Of a DNA stretch of 64,000 nt, positions 15,245 to 28,538 are shown piece after piece. Origin of the DNA: the human T2T-CHM13v2.0 reference genome, Homo sapiens. Position 1 is the first letter of the stretch. Every line of letters begins with the position of its first letter. A program made the position numbers and the translations under genes. Under the pieces are notes generated by a model. That model did not search any database and was not told the origin of the DNA. It saw only the letters and a program-made list of their open reading frames with translations. Where the stretch lies: NCBI RefSeq assembly GCF_009914755.1, contig NC_060926.1. One strand, given 5' to 3'.

Positions 15245-16959
15245 TGTATATATATATATATATACACATACACAAACACATATATACATATATATGCATA
15301 TGTATCTACATGTATATAAAAACAGTACATAAATAATAAATTTATAAATTTGACAAATTGCTATAAAGTTTCAAAATATTTGTTCTCAATTTCTATTGCT
15401 ATCACCCTGTAGACAGCAGGGTCTGTGGCCTACACTTGGAGCAGCATTAGTGGAGCTTGGGTGCCTGAGAGTTTGGAAAGAAGAAAGGTTTGTCTCGATG
15501 TATCCTTGCCCAAGGATACATCCAATGCTGGGAAGTACACCTGTCCCCTGTGGGGAATTCAAGGCAATGCAGGATCAGTTTTAGCAGAGAATGTAATTCA
15601 GAGACTGGCATTGAGCAGAGATGGCAGGCGTGGTGGGTCCTCTCAAACTCCCCTGGGTGTGCCACAGCTCTCAAGAGTAGAGATAAGTAAGAGACTAAGG
15701 GCCTCCTGAAGAGTTCCTGTAAATTAGAGATCAGCAAAGACAGCAGACAAAAATTTTCTCTAGGATGCCTCGCCAAACAAGGAGTTTAAAGATAAGAATC
15801 TGAGTCCAGAATCTGACAGGCCTTGATGCTACTGTTCCCTAAAATTTGCCCTTTAGGACTCAAAGAAAAGGGAAGTAACAGGCAAGGGTGAGATCCAGAG
15901 ATCCAAAGACATGCAGAAATAGAAGTCAGATGGCCTATTTTGGTCCCAGGGTATTATGAGGCTCTCTGAAGTTCTGCAAGAGGCTCTCTGAAAGTCTGCA
16001 ATCATCTACAAAATAATAAGGGGCCAAGCAGTGATCGGCCTTACCATTAGCAATGTCTACTATGCATTCAGTTTCCAGGGCATGTTAGTTCTTCATCTGA
16101 ATCTAATTCAGGCAAAAAGATTAGGTCCAATCAGTTGCTTGCTGTGAATGAGGAGGTTGAGAGGCCCAAGTAGGATTTTAAAATTGACAGGTAGGCCGGG
16201 GCAATGGATCTCTAAGAATTGCTCACTATATGAAGCCAACAGAATTAAAAAGATAGAGTAAATGAGATATCAGGGAAGAAGTAGATCACCCATATCCCTT
16301 CCTAGTATGGAACAGACCAAGTGATTTACTGCCCTGCCAAGAGGAGTTACAGTCAGGCAGTAGAGAGTCAAAGTAAATATTAGGTTTTCATTTCCTTCAT
16401 GACATGGCATTTGGCAAAATTCCTGACATTTCTATGAGCATTCTAAATAATCACTTGGCTAACTTTAAGTAACTGGACAAGTGACATCTAACTCCTAGCA
16501 AACTCCAAGGTCTCCTAAAAAGCAACAGTAGACATCTGTCTGCAAACTTTTATAACTTGTATCTGCTGCAGGTAAAAATTTTTTCCTTAGCATTACTTAG
16601 GAGGCATTATGTAAAATTAAACGGCACGCCAAGCCAACATCCCTCAAGGAATCCTAGACATAACCATCTAGCATTAACTGGTACAGCAGCAATATTCCAG
16701 GCTGGTACACTGGATATAAGTGGGGGTCCATGCTCAACAAGGACCCAAAATTTTTGGCACATTGAACAGTTTTATGTTACCACCCACCCCCCCCCCAGAT
16801 TTTTAAGTTACAAATGAAACCCATCTGTAAACAATCCAGTATTATTGGGACCTATCCTTAGAAAACAGAAAATCCTAACAGGTAGCAATCAAGGTTGGAC
16901 TAAAATTTTATATTCTTTAACCCGCCTCTCCCTATATCCCCTCTCTCCTACCCTTTCCA

Positions 16960-17185
16960 AATCTAGTGCTCTGTAGCACTATAGGGTCACTATAGTTAAC
17001 AATAGTTTATTATATATTTTCAAGTAGCTATCAGAGAGGATTTTGAATGTTCCCAATACAGATAAATGATAAATGTTTGAGGTGATTGATATGCTAATTA
17101 CCCTGATTTGATCACTACACACTTTATGTATCAAATATCACTATGTACCCCATAAATATATACAATTATTATGTGTCATTTAAAA
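16960..17185 (+). mobile_element. L1MA-type 3' end fragment
   Basis: ...GAGGATTTTGAATGTTCCC...TATGCTAATTACCCTGATTTGATC... Confidence 0.75.
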
Positions 17186-17824
17186 ATTTTAAGTGATTGG
17201 GTTGATTATTCTGACAGTAAATTATACTAGCAATTTTTAAAGAATTTAGATATCAGGTAGCTCTTAGAAATATCTTCATAGGGCAAAGCTCAAAAAAGTT
17301 AAGTAACTTATCTAACCTGGCTAGGAAAAGCAGAGCTCGGATTGAAGGCTGTTGTATGTAACTTTAATGCTATGCTTATTTCACTGTGCCTCTCCCCTCT
17401 CTGAATCAGGAACAGTGCGTACAATGTCCATAGACAATAACCACGCCAATCAGAAATCCCACCAAGAGTCAGCTACGCAGAGAGCTCCCTGTTTTCTCAC
17501 CTAACATAGTCCTAGGATCTTATTTTAAAACAAAGTGTCTGAAAGTAGAGCAATAGCATGCATGCACAGGAGGATTCTCCTCTTCCCCAAAATAAAACAA
17601 TATAAAATTCCAGACTATGTTTTGAGCAGATGCTGCTTCCCTTAGGTCCTGGCAGCAAATGAATGAGAATTTTCATAGGGATCTGGGCCAGGTGGGAAGT
17701 GAATGCAGGTTTGGGGACCCATCCTGCTGCCACTGGGGACTGAGAAAGATAATCCAGGCCCCTTTGACTTCATAAGGCTGCTATGGGGATAGGGACAGGT
17801 GGCGTAGTAAAGAATGCTCTTTAA

Positions 17825-18155
<331 letters not shown>

Positions 18156-18304
18156 AGGAATCTTTTTCTACTACATTGTATACCACTAGCCAAGTGGACT
18201 TTAGCAGGCCACGCTTCATACACCTACATGACTCTGTGAGTCTTCCCATGACAGGGGAGACAGCTGTCCCAAAGGTGCCATCCCCAAAGGACACCCTTAG
18301 GAGA

Positions 18305-18670
18305 TGGCTTAGTCCTTTTGGGCTGCTATAACAAAATGCCTTAGACTAGATCATTTATAAATAGCATATATTTATTGATCACAGTTTTGGAGGCTGGGAA
18401 GTCCAAGATCAAGGCACTAGCAGATTCGGTGTCTAGTGACAGCTCACTGTCTGCTTCAAAGGCGGCACCTTGTTACTGTGACCTTACATGGTGGAAGGGC
18501 AAAAGGAGCTCACAAACACTCTCCAGCCTCTTTCATATGAGCACTAATCCTACTTAAGAAGACTCCACCCTCATGATCTTATCACAAAGGCCCCACCTCC
18601 TAATACTGTCATCTTAGAGTTAGGTTTCAAAATATGAATTTTGGATTGACACGTACATTCAGACCATGCA
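18305..18670 (-). mobile_element. MaLR LTR (MLT1A/MST type)
   Basis: TTAGTCC...GCTGCTATAACAAAATGCC...GGAGGCTGGGAAGTCCAAGATCAAG...CATTCAGACCAT. Confidence 0.8.
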
Positions 18671-19917
18671 GGGGACAATACCCTGTCATTGTCAAACAAG
18701 CATTAATGCCCTGAAAATAGGACCCTTCCAGCCTGGTCAGGAGATGAAACTGCTATCTCCAAGAACAGAAGACTACATGGAGCGGGTTTGCTTCTCACAG
18801 ATGGTTTCACTAAACAGAATCCTCAAGAACACTCCACACCAATACCTTGCCCTCATGCAAAAATGCCATTGTTAACCAAGTAATTAATACGATGCTAAAT
18901 TCTATTAATTGAGAGGTAGTTTGCAGATTTCAGTGATAATGATCTGTCATCTAGATAACTATCCTCATCTTGTTCTCTAAGCCTTCTCATACTCAAAGCT
19001 CTGCCTCCTTCTAGCATTTTTTAAAGAATGTAATCTATGGAATGAGCTACTTATTTTCTAATATCACATTGCTGTTTGTTAGCTGCGCAACCATAGAAAA
19101 GTTACCTAGGGTCTTTGTTCTTTAGTTTCCTTGTCTCTTAAGTGGGAATAAAAATTAGTTCTATACTGCAGGGTTGTTGTAAAGACTACATAAAACATGC
19201 ATGAAGAATGTTTAGAACAGAGACTGGCATAGAACAAGCACTTAGATGATGGTTGCTCTTACAGGTATGTCAAGAGCTGAGCTGAGCACCCAGGTATCAA
19301 AGTAGTCAATTAAAATGATAAACCAAAATGAAAGCAGTAGTCAAGCCTTAATCCCTTACTGCAACAGTATCAACAGGAGGCTGAACAGGAGAAGGCACTG
19401 GCTCCTCCTATGTTCCATTTTTCCCCCTGGAATGTTGCTGAGTGATGGATCAGAGCAGAACAGAGCAGACAAGAGGGGCATCTCACTGCCTGCCCAAGGA
19501 ACCCAGCACAAAAGGCTCCTTCTGTTATGTGGCCCTGGGATCCAGAGTAAGAAAGCGAAAGGCTAGGAGTGGGAAAGCACTGAATAGTGAGTCAGAGTCG
19601 AGCAAAGTGTCTTCAAGACCCATTCCATCTCCAATAAAGTGGTCCTGGCAGAGGTTTTGGCCTGAATGGAGGCACCTGAGTTAGGAATGCAGACAGGCAG
19701 AAGAGCAAGTGCTGCAGCCGAGTGGAGGGTCTGAGACCTGGACCGCAACTCCCTTTAGAGACTTCAACACACTGGCTGGGCACCAAGTCTGAGTGAGAAA
19801 GCAGGTTTCCCCCATGAGCCCCAGTAGGTAGAGCCTTTGTATTACCTGTGGTTGGGCCTGAAAGATCACACATAGGATGTGGACCAGGAGCTTATTTCCT
19901 GGGTTGTTACACTCTCT

Positions 19918-19937
19918 CACACACACATCACATCACA

Positions 19938-19968
<31 letters not shown>
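19918..19968. repeat. (CA)n microsatellite, interrupted
   Basis: Directly visible. Confidence 0.92.
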
Positions 19969-19971
<3 letters not shown>

Positions 19972-20808
19972 CACTTGTATAAGATCCTCTGGAGCAATGT
20001 AGATGCTACTGAGGTTTCAATGGAGAGAGAGAGAGAGAGTGTTACTTCACACAACTAACAGGGAAATAAAAGAGTTCTTAATACTATTTCTGGCCTCCAA
20101 GTTTCTTTTCCTTTTTTTTTTTCCTCCTCTAAGTCTTTTTAAAAATTGTATAAAATACATAGAATATAAAAATGTACCATCTTAACCATTTTTAAGTGTG
20201 CAGGCCCATAGTGTTACATACGTTCACATTGGTGTGCAATCTCCACAACTCTTTTTACCTTGCAAAAATAAAACTCCATACCCATTAATCAGTAACCTCC
20301 CATTCCCCACTCCTGTCTCCTATAACTCTTTTCATTACCTCCTAGCCTCGCTGGTTTGTCCACTTTAATTTCTTTCATCCCTATTGTGTGAAGTAATTTT
20401 TCCTCTTCATCATTCCTAAGGCCAAACTTGTCATCTCAGTCTGTCTGCTTCTTAAAAACAAAGTCCCAAATCCTGCACCCCCAGAGTTAATGGGCACACT
20501 CTCTCAGAGGGGACTTCAGCAACTACATTTAATACCAAGTATTCTTTTCAGATTCTTTTGCCCATTCTAAATGGCTTATCAATTTTTTCCAAACATAAAT
20601 TATGTTTGCACCACAGGACTCCTAGGAGCAAAGTTTCTCTCATTTCAGTATGAAATGAAATTATAGTGACCACGAATTCAGAAAAAAAAAAAAGGTCACT
20701 GCATTTATAGCCACATTTCTGGAGCAATCATCAATACCTTTGAACATGAAGTACACACATTCAATATATCGTATTTTCTAAGTTTTTTGTGTGTGTTTGG
20801 CCCTCTAG

Positions 20809-20944
20809 GTGATGTGTTGACATTTTTAGATTCTCATGTGGAATGTAACGTTGGTTGGTTGGAACCTCTTCTGGAAAGAGTTTATTTAAGTAGAAAGAAA
20901 GTGGCCTGTCCAGTAATCGAAGTCATCAATGATAAGGATATGAG
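20809..20944 (+). CDS. GALNT5: GALNT5 exon 4 (136 bp), DxH metal-binding motif
   Basis: TAG|...|GTAAT; [45 protein letters not shown]. Confidence 0.97.
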
Positions 20945-21540
20945 GTAATATTTACACATTCCACAAGATACTTTCAAGCACATCTTTAATCACAAGCAGC
21001 AGAAAGTGCTGAGTATATGCCTAATATGTGTGTTTTTTCAAAATCCAAGACATATACAGTTTATCTACTTAAATAAATGGAAAAACATGGTCGATATCTT
21101 GGGATCAGAGTCTGCTGATGCAATAATCTATCTGGTCACTACAAATTCTTAACTCTAAATACCAATAAATCCTAATACTCATGACCTAGTTTTTCCCCTT
21201 TATATTTAGCTGAACCCCAAATATTTATTTACCTCAAATTTAGTTCTTATTTCTGTGGGAAGCGTATATGTGCTTTTAAGTTGCTCTTGTATTTTTTTTT
21301 CTTCAAAACTGGCTAGCATATTGTTATTATAAAAGTATAAGTTAAGCACAAATAAGCCAATCAGTTACTAATGCAAATTGTACTTGTAAACATTCTTGAA
21401 CTATTATTAAAAGGTGGTGATCTAAACTCATCAAAAGCACTTGTTTCATTCATTTGATTACATCGTGAAGCCAAATCGATAAAGTATATAAAGATGTATA
21501 TAATCCCAGATAACACTTTGTTTTTCATTTCCTGGATTAG

Positions 21541-21660
21541 TTACATGACAGTGGATAACTTTCAAAGAGGCATCTTTGTGTGGCCCATGAACTTTGGTTG
21601 GAGAACAATTCCTCCAGATGTCATTGCAAAAAACAGAATTAAAGAAACTGATACAATAAG
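21541..21660 (+). CDS. GALNT5: GALNT5 exon 5 (120 bp)
   Basis: TAG|...|GTAAGT; [39 protein letters not shown]. Confidence 0.96.
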
Positions 21661-23253
21661 GTAAGTGTGGGAAATTTAAGACTAGAAAGCAGTCATGTAT
21701 CTTTTTGTAAAAGCATTAAAAAATTCTACAAAACAGCTGTATCTTGTTATTCTATAGAACATTAAGAATCACAGTTCTAGCCAATAGATTACCAAAGCAA
21801 ACACAGTGTTCTTGAGAAATTCGTTCCCAAAACTCATTCTTCACTGGTCATTTGTACCCTACTCAGGCCTGAACACAGAAAAATTCACTAATGCTATCCT
21901 GTCCCCTAGGATTTGCAACCTAAGAAACACAAACTAGCAAAATGTGCTGCATACATACTATACAAACACATGTAATATTAAAGTAAACATAAGTGCAAAT
22001 TAAAAGTAAATAATGGTAATAGAAATATCATTCTAATGATAGCAATGGTTAGGATTTTCTTTTACAGCCTAATCCTACCCCCTCCATGAGAAAAGTGCCA
22101 AATTCTATGAATAAATTTAAAAATTGATTCAGAAGCTGGATATGAATTCAAGTTTGGGCTTTTATTTCCAAGAAACTGCATTGAAGAACACAGCTTAGAC
22201 TTGAAGCTGAAGTGGAGGCTTCCTATTACTTCTTCAGAATATAAGCCTGCAGCACAAGCATTAAGCCAGCCACAGGAAGAGCTGCAGGGGGCTTAAACTT
22301 TCCCTGTTGTAGTGACCACTTAAACAGACACAAGTAAGCCAGCCCCAACAGAAAGCCAAGCCCAGACCGTGCACCGAAGCGTGTTTTCCCCAAACTTACC
22401 CCTCAATCAGTCATACCCGCCTTCCTTGCCAGGTGTGATGCCTTCAGAATTATTCCACCAAGCAAAGAAGTGAAGGTTCTACCATTTATTGAGCACTCTG
22501 TGCCAGGCACCTAACTCTCTTCCTAACTCTAGGAGGGAGGTGGAAGAATTCACCTTAAAGAGATGGGGAAATTTAGACTTAAAAGCATTAAGTAATTTTC
22601 CCAGGAATACGCAGCTAATCAAAGAAGAATTTGAGACTCAAACCCAGAATTACCTGGATTTAACACTCTTATTCTGAACCTACACCTAAAGAACCTCTGC
22701 TCTTTCCATACTCTCATGTTGAGGGCCAATGTAGTGGTTGAGTTCAGACTATATTCAACATAATGTTAGGACGAGAATGCGTTCTGGATAGTCTAGTAGG
22801 AAAATTGGAGAGCAGAAAGAAAATGAACATAAATGGTGGCGGAGGGGAGAGAGGTGTGGGACAGGAATTATCTCCCCCTTGAGATCACTGTATACCCTAA
22901 GCACAAAGCAGGCTCTCCACAGAAACTACTTTAGCTGGCTGAGTGGTGACCACCATAGGAAGTGATTCCAGTCTTGGCTAACTGCTGACTAAAATGTAGT
23001 TTCTATCCTCCATGATCAATATTATTAGTGAAGGTTCTGGAGACAGTTTGAATCTCAACTGTACCACTGAGAAGTGGTATGAGCTTGAAAAGGTTACTTA
23101 TCATCTTGAGCCTCTGTTTTTTTATTTTTACATAAAGACTCATAAAAGTAGCTGCTACTTCGATTGTTTTAAGAACTGAATCAGATAACATATAAAGTGC
23201 TTTGAAAGGTGCTTGCCATATAACACGCTGTCAGTAAAGTTTGTGTGTGGTTG

Positions 23254-23910
23254 TGAGGCAGGAGAATAGGGTCTGGAGGCAAGAAGCTTAAGGCCAATTC
23301 ATGCCGACTTCCTAAAGCTGAATCAAGGAAAAACACCAAGGTCTGGGGGCAGGGAATCTAAGGCCAATTCCTGCTGACTTCCCAAACCTGGATCAAAAGG
23401 AAAACACCTGGGTCTAGGGGCAGGGGATCTAAGGCCGATTAACACCCACTTCCTAAAGCTAAACCAGAAGGAAAACCCCATTTCCCCACACCCGAGTAAC
23501 AAAGGATCAACGGCTACTCTCCCTACAGCCCTCCCCTTCCACCACATCTCAGAAGGAAAGGGAGAGTCTCTGCCTTGGACTGGCCAAGCAGGGACCTTCC
23601 CTTCATCTGCACAGGGCGCCAATTCACCGCAGCCTTTCATTAGCCAACCAAATCCTCCATTCAGATAAGGGGCAGCTGGTAGGGACCTCGAAAGGAGTAC
23701 TTGAAACCCAGAAAACTTGGTAACCCGGCCCTTGAACCGTTTGCTCCGGCCCACTCCCACCCTGTGGAGCGCTTTCCCGCTTTAACGAATCCCTGCTTGT
23801 GCCGCTTCGTTCATGTGTTTCGTTCCTTTGTTAGTGTGTTTTGTTCAACTCTTTGTTCAAAATACCCAGAACCTGGACAACTCACACTCACGGCCTTCCT
23901 TCCAGTAACG
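23254..23910 (+). mobile_element. ERV1 solo LTR, MER51 family, with three internal repeats of about 70 bp
   Basis: Starts TGAGGCAGGAGAATAGGGTCTGGAGGC; ends CCAGTAACG; near-TSD GTTG/GCTG. Confidence 0.82.
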
Positions 23911-24025
23911 GCTGAGAGGCAGTACAGTGGAGTGAGTGGCACAGCGTCCCCTCAGACTGCCCAGAGCAAACCCAAGGTGTCTACTGTCCTTGGGAAAGTT
24001 TCTTACCTTCTCCGTGTTGCCAATT

Positions 24026-24297
24026 CCTGAGCGCTTGCTTGGAGGTTCTAGTAGAGAGCGCAGCTACTCATATACCCTTGACGGAAGACCGGAAGACCGG
24101 AAGACCAGAAGACCGGAAGACCGGCCCTCCTCTATCAGGGATGGTCGTCCTCTTCCACAGAGCGCGCAGCTTTCGGGAGGGACGCACATGGAGCGGTGAG
24201 GGAGGAAGGAGACAGCCGCCTAGCCAGCTAGATCAGCCGAATCAACCCTGGCAATCAATGGGCTGACAGATGTTGCAGCCAGATCGCCCTCACATCC
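24026..24297 (-). pseudogene. 7SK RNA retropseudogene, 3'-truncated (about the first 240 nt), no poly(A) tail
   Basis: Reverse complement GGATGTGAGGGCGATCTGGCTGC...TAGAACCTCCAAGCAAGCGCTCAGG matches 7SK from nt 1; flanking GTGTTGC..ATTC duplication. Confidence 0.95.
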
Positions 24298-24686
24298 AGT
24301 GTTGCAGATTCTTAATAATTGCACACACAAGATTTTTTGTGAAGTCTGGGCTGGAATATATATATAATACTTACAATAGTGCCTGATACTCCCTTAGCCC
24401 TGAATAAGTGTTAAAAATAACATTCCTGGACAGTTTGTGTCACAGTATAAAGGACAAATAATACTAGTTCCAGGATGCATCTTTGCTGAACCTAATCTAG
24501 CTCTGCCACCATGATCCAGGGATCGCATCACTTAAGCCCTATTTGTGACTCCATCCCAGGGCTTCCCTGCATCAGGTAGCTATTCTGAAAAGCCTCCTAC
24601 CTCCCGTACAGATGTACAGAGGAACAACTCTAAAAGTCGAGCTTTCATGAGATGCAAGTTTAAAAAACAAACTTTTCTTTTTGTAG

Positions 24687-24804
24687 GTGCCCTGTCATGG
24701 CTGGTGGATTGTTTTCTATTGACAAAAGTTACTTTTTTGAACTTGGAACATACGACCCTGGCCTTGATGTTTGGGGTGGGGAAAATATGGAGCTCTCATT
24801 CAAG
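24687..24804 (+). CDS. GALNT5: GALNT5 exon 6 (118 bp), Gal/GalNAc-T motif
   Basis: TAG|...|GTATT; [39 protein letters not shown]. Confidence 0.97.
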
Positions 24805-25814
24805 GTATTACCAGGTGTTTCCCAACTTTTCTTTACGATAATGAGTTAATCAATTTTAAATGGTTTGATTTTACTACCATAATCAGGTATGTGACTGCCA
24901 CTGAGAGGAAATTTCACAGAAATTTTAGGGTCTCTGGATTAATTTTTTCATATCTCAGATTGAATTTGGAAGAATCAATTGCTGTCATAAAATTTATTAG
25001 CATTCCCTAATATTTCACAACACCATTTCTGCTTATAAATATGGGGGAAATGACTTTCTGCCACTCAGAGTAAATGCTGTGGGAGTCATACGTGCTACAA
25101 AATAACTCTCCTGGAACATCTGTCTAGAATGTTGGAAGGAATAGACTCAATCTGTAATGGATCATCTTAGAGAACACAAATGACAGAAGTACATTAAAAT
25201 ACCTCTAAAGCAGGTCACCAACAGGTCAGGTGTGCCTTATAGTACAGCTCCTTTGGGCACTTTATACAATCTATTATACAATCATTGATTAACTTCTGAG
25301 AAAGCCTTGGCAACAGCAGTAGTAGAGAGTGTCCAAAAAGTAATTGCTTTCCTATTGGGTGGGTGTTCTGTATGTATGTAAAAGGGTGTAATTTTGGAGC
25401 TGCTGATCATGAAGGATGGTTTTGAGTTGTGTTCCACAAGCCTTTTGGTTCTTCCCAAAAATGAGAGTAGAGGAACGTGAACAAATGGACATCTATACTT
25501 CTTTCCCTGATTCAATCAAAACAAGAACTCATGTTTTACAAAACGGGATTCTGTGAAGATTTATTTACAAATTAAAAAAAACTTACATTGAAAGTTAGGA
25601 AAGAAAAAATTACATTTTACTAATCCTAAAATGATCCACAGCAATACACAAAATTAAATAAGCCTGTTGAGTTTGATTTTCTATTGCAAAAGTGTTTTTG
25701 AAGTTGAGTATTACTTCAGGTAGGGGGAAACAAGGTGGTTTCTTGTCATTGTTAAGTGCCGATGATTTGTGGATAATCATTTGATAATTGATGCTTATCA
25801 TCAAATTCTTCCAG

Positions 25815-26138
25815 GTGTGGATGTGTGGTGGTGAAATTGAGATCATTCCCTGCTCCCGAGTGGGCCATATATTCAGAAATGACAATCCATATTCCTTCCC
25901 CAAAGACCGGATGAAGACAGTGGAGCGGAACTTGGTGCGGGTTGCCGAGGTCTGGCTGGATGAGTATAAGGAGCTGTTCTATGGCCATGGAGACCACCTC
26001 ATCGACCAAGGGCTAGATGTTGGCAACCTCACCCAGCAAAGGGAGCTGCGAAAGAAACTGAAGTGCAAAAGTTTCAAATGGTACTTGGAGAATGTCTTTC
26101 CTGACTTAAGGGCTCCCATTGTGAGAGCTAGTGGTGTG
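25815..26138 (+). CDS. GALNT5: GALNT5 exon 7 (324 bp), end of the catalytic domain and linker
   Basis: CAG|...|GTAAGT; [21 protein letters not shown]...[25 protein letters not shown]. Confidence 0.97.
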
Positions 26139-27810
26139 GTAAGTTCAAGTGGCAATTTAAAATCTTACTCCATAAAAACAAAACACAAAATCTCTTTCAA
26201 AAATGTGTGGAAAGAATGAGTAATTACATTATAAATAAACACCAAGTATGAGCAAAGATGGGACAAAGCATGGCTGAGAATTAAATATAGGTAAACTTGA
26301 GGAAGGCTACCAAGTGGTCATGTTCATTGATTAACTCAACAGATATCTATTGAGTATCCGTAGATCTGGGAGTATTTCAGACTTGGATTACAGGGTGATG
26401 AATGAAGTAGACTTGGTTCCTTCCTTGTGGAGCTTAATTTGGGTAGAGAAGAAAGATTATAAACAAATAAGCAAGTCAAGTGTAAATACAAAATATAATA
26501 GCTCTCATTTAGGGAACAGGCCACAATTGATGACTCCTCAGTTAGAGTGGCTGAGAAATCCTCTCTGAGAAGGAGACTTTGTAACTCAGGCCTAAAACAC
26601 TAAGTGTCAGTCAGCCAAGCTCTAAAGAAGAGTGCTAGGCAGAGGGTAAAGGTCACGTAAAGCCCTAAGACAGGTGAGTGTTCTCCATCCAAGCACTGGA
26701 AAGAAGACGAATGTTGTCAGGGTGTGAAGGAGGGAAGAATGGCACCAGATGAAGGTGAAGAGGAAGGAAGGAGCCAGATCACACAGGTCCTTGTAAGCAA
26801 AGTAAGGATTTTATTTCTTTCCTTCCTTCTTTCCTGCCTTGCTTCCTTCTTTCTTCTGAAAGCAGTGGGAAGTTATTGAGCAGAGTTAAGCAAGGGGGTG
26901 ATAAGATTTAATTGGGGTTTGTAAAGATTTCAAAGAGGAACTTAAAATAACAGAAAATATCAGAGAATAGCAGATAACATTCCAGGGCATGAAGGATGGT
27001 ATCCAAAGGGAAGAAGCTAAGCCAGATAAGGTAGCCAGAGTACAAGGCTGAGAAAACATCAAGAAAGAGGAGAAGCTGGGGAAAAGCCATTTCAAACCCC
27101 TTCTAGGAGTGAAGCTGCATTTGAAGAGGATGGTAAGACATGTGGGTTTAGATATGATTAGTCAAGCCTTCAGCTGGGGTTCTTAGACAGTCATGCTTAT
27201 TTCTAATCTTTTATTTCTAATTTAATTTGACTTATAACTAACCCCAGTGTTTTTGTTTTATTTCAGCTTCCTTTTTCTTCATCCAAGAAATTCTTTAAAA
27301 ATGTGACCATTAGTTATCCCGCCCTTTTAGGCCAAATTTTTTCAGTTCTTCTTGAGAGTGGATTATACCATGCTTTCTGTCTGGAAAATCTCCTGATAGC
27401 AAAAACTTACTATAATATTCCCCCTTGAAAGTATTCGGGAAATCCAGGAAAGCTATGAAAGACAAGAAACTAGTCTTAAAAAAATGGTTCTGTTTTTTAC
27501 AAAATTCAACTGATAAATAAGTATATGTGACCTGTTTTTAGATAACGCACTGTATTATAAAATTGCCATTTTTATGGGTCCAAATAGAATGGCAGCTACT
27601 TTAAGTGGCTCAACCTGGTAACTTATCAGACATTTTGGATTTATATACACTGTTCAAATAACAACATGTCAAATATAACTGTAAAATAAATTTACAATTT
27701 TTAATTTCAACCGCTGAGCAGAAAAAAAAAAAAAGAAAGGAATTTCCACTATTCTAATATTTCCCATTCCAGCAACGCAGAATCTCAGTCAGAGTAATAA
27801 TAAGCTTTAA

Positions 27811-27824
27811 CCACCAGAGGGCAC
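27811..27824 (+). promoter_or_regulatory. CTCF core motif (forward)
   Basis: CCACCAGAGGGCAC matches CCASYAGRKGGCRS; CpGs are retained locally. Confidence 0.7.
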
Positions 27825-28195
27825 TAGAAAACTACCTTTGGGCTCCGCTGTTGCGCTAACCTGAGTGAGTTCCTATGAAATTTCTGGAGAGCTCTCCTAA
27901 TGAAACAGCCTTCTGCTGATGCCTCCGCTATACTATATCAAAATGCACCAAGTATTTTAAAAAGTGATTTTAACAAATTCCTTCTATTTTCCTTTGTTGT
28001 CTTCCTTAAACAAATTTCAGTGAAGATGTAGTTTGCTCCCTTCTGAAGCAAACCAGCAGGGAGCGTTATTAACATTTTTAAAAAATTAGGACCTTTCTCC
28101 AGGTAATTTACAACAAATTAAGTAGATCATTATTTTAGATAGACAATCTTGGAAAGTTCCAAGAAAATAAACTCCACAACTTCTTTTTGTTACTT

Positions 28196-28538
28196 GCTTC
28201 GTTTCCCTTCTTTCAACCTCCACTACGGAATTTAGATCCAGTGAAAGTTTTGTGTTTTGTAATAAGAACAAACATTTTCTTATCGAACCAACAATATTTG
28301 AAGCTAATAATCTCACCAATAATGTATTTTTCACTGGATTAAACTGCTGGCAAACAGTCTATAGCTCCGTTTCCCTTTTTTCAACCTCCACAAGCAGAAA
28401 TTTAAATCCAGTGAAAGTTTTGGTTTTTTGTAATAAGAAGAAATATTTTCTTATTGAAACGACGACATTTGAAGCTAATAAAAGAATCTCACCAATAATG
28501 TATTTTTACACTGGATTAAACCGCTGGCAAATAGCCTA
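28196..28538. repeat. Tandem duplication of about 170 bp with internal inverted repeats
   Basis: Copies at about 28196-28361 and 28364-28538 align along their length. Confidence 0.92.

Noticed and set aside
15958-16001. 22-bp tandem duplication (also the AT-rich repeat at about 52172-52255 and the 36-bp duplication in MER30)
   Set aside because: Ordinary local slippage with no functional context
23323-24266. 75-145 aa ORFs, including a PEDRKTRR repeat peptide
   Set aside because: They lie within the MER51 LTR and the 7SK pseudogene; the repeat peptide comes from the 8-bp array
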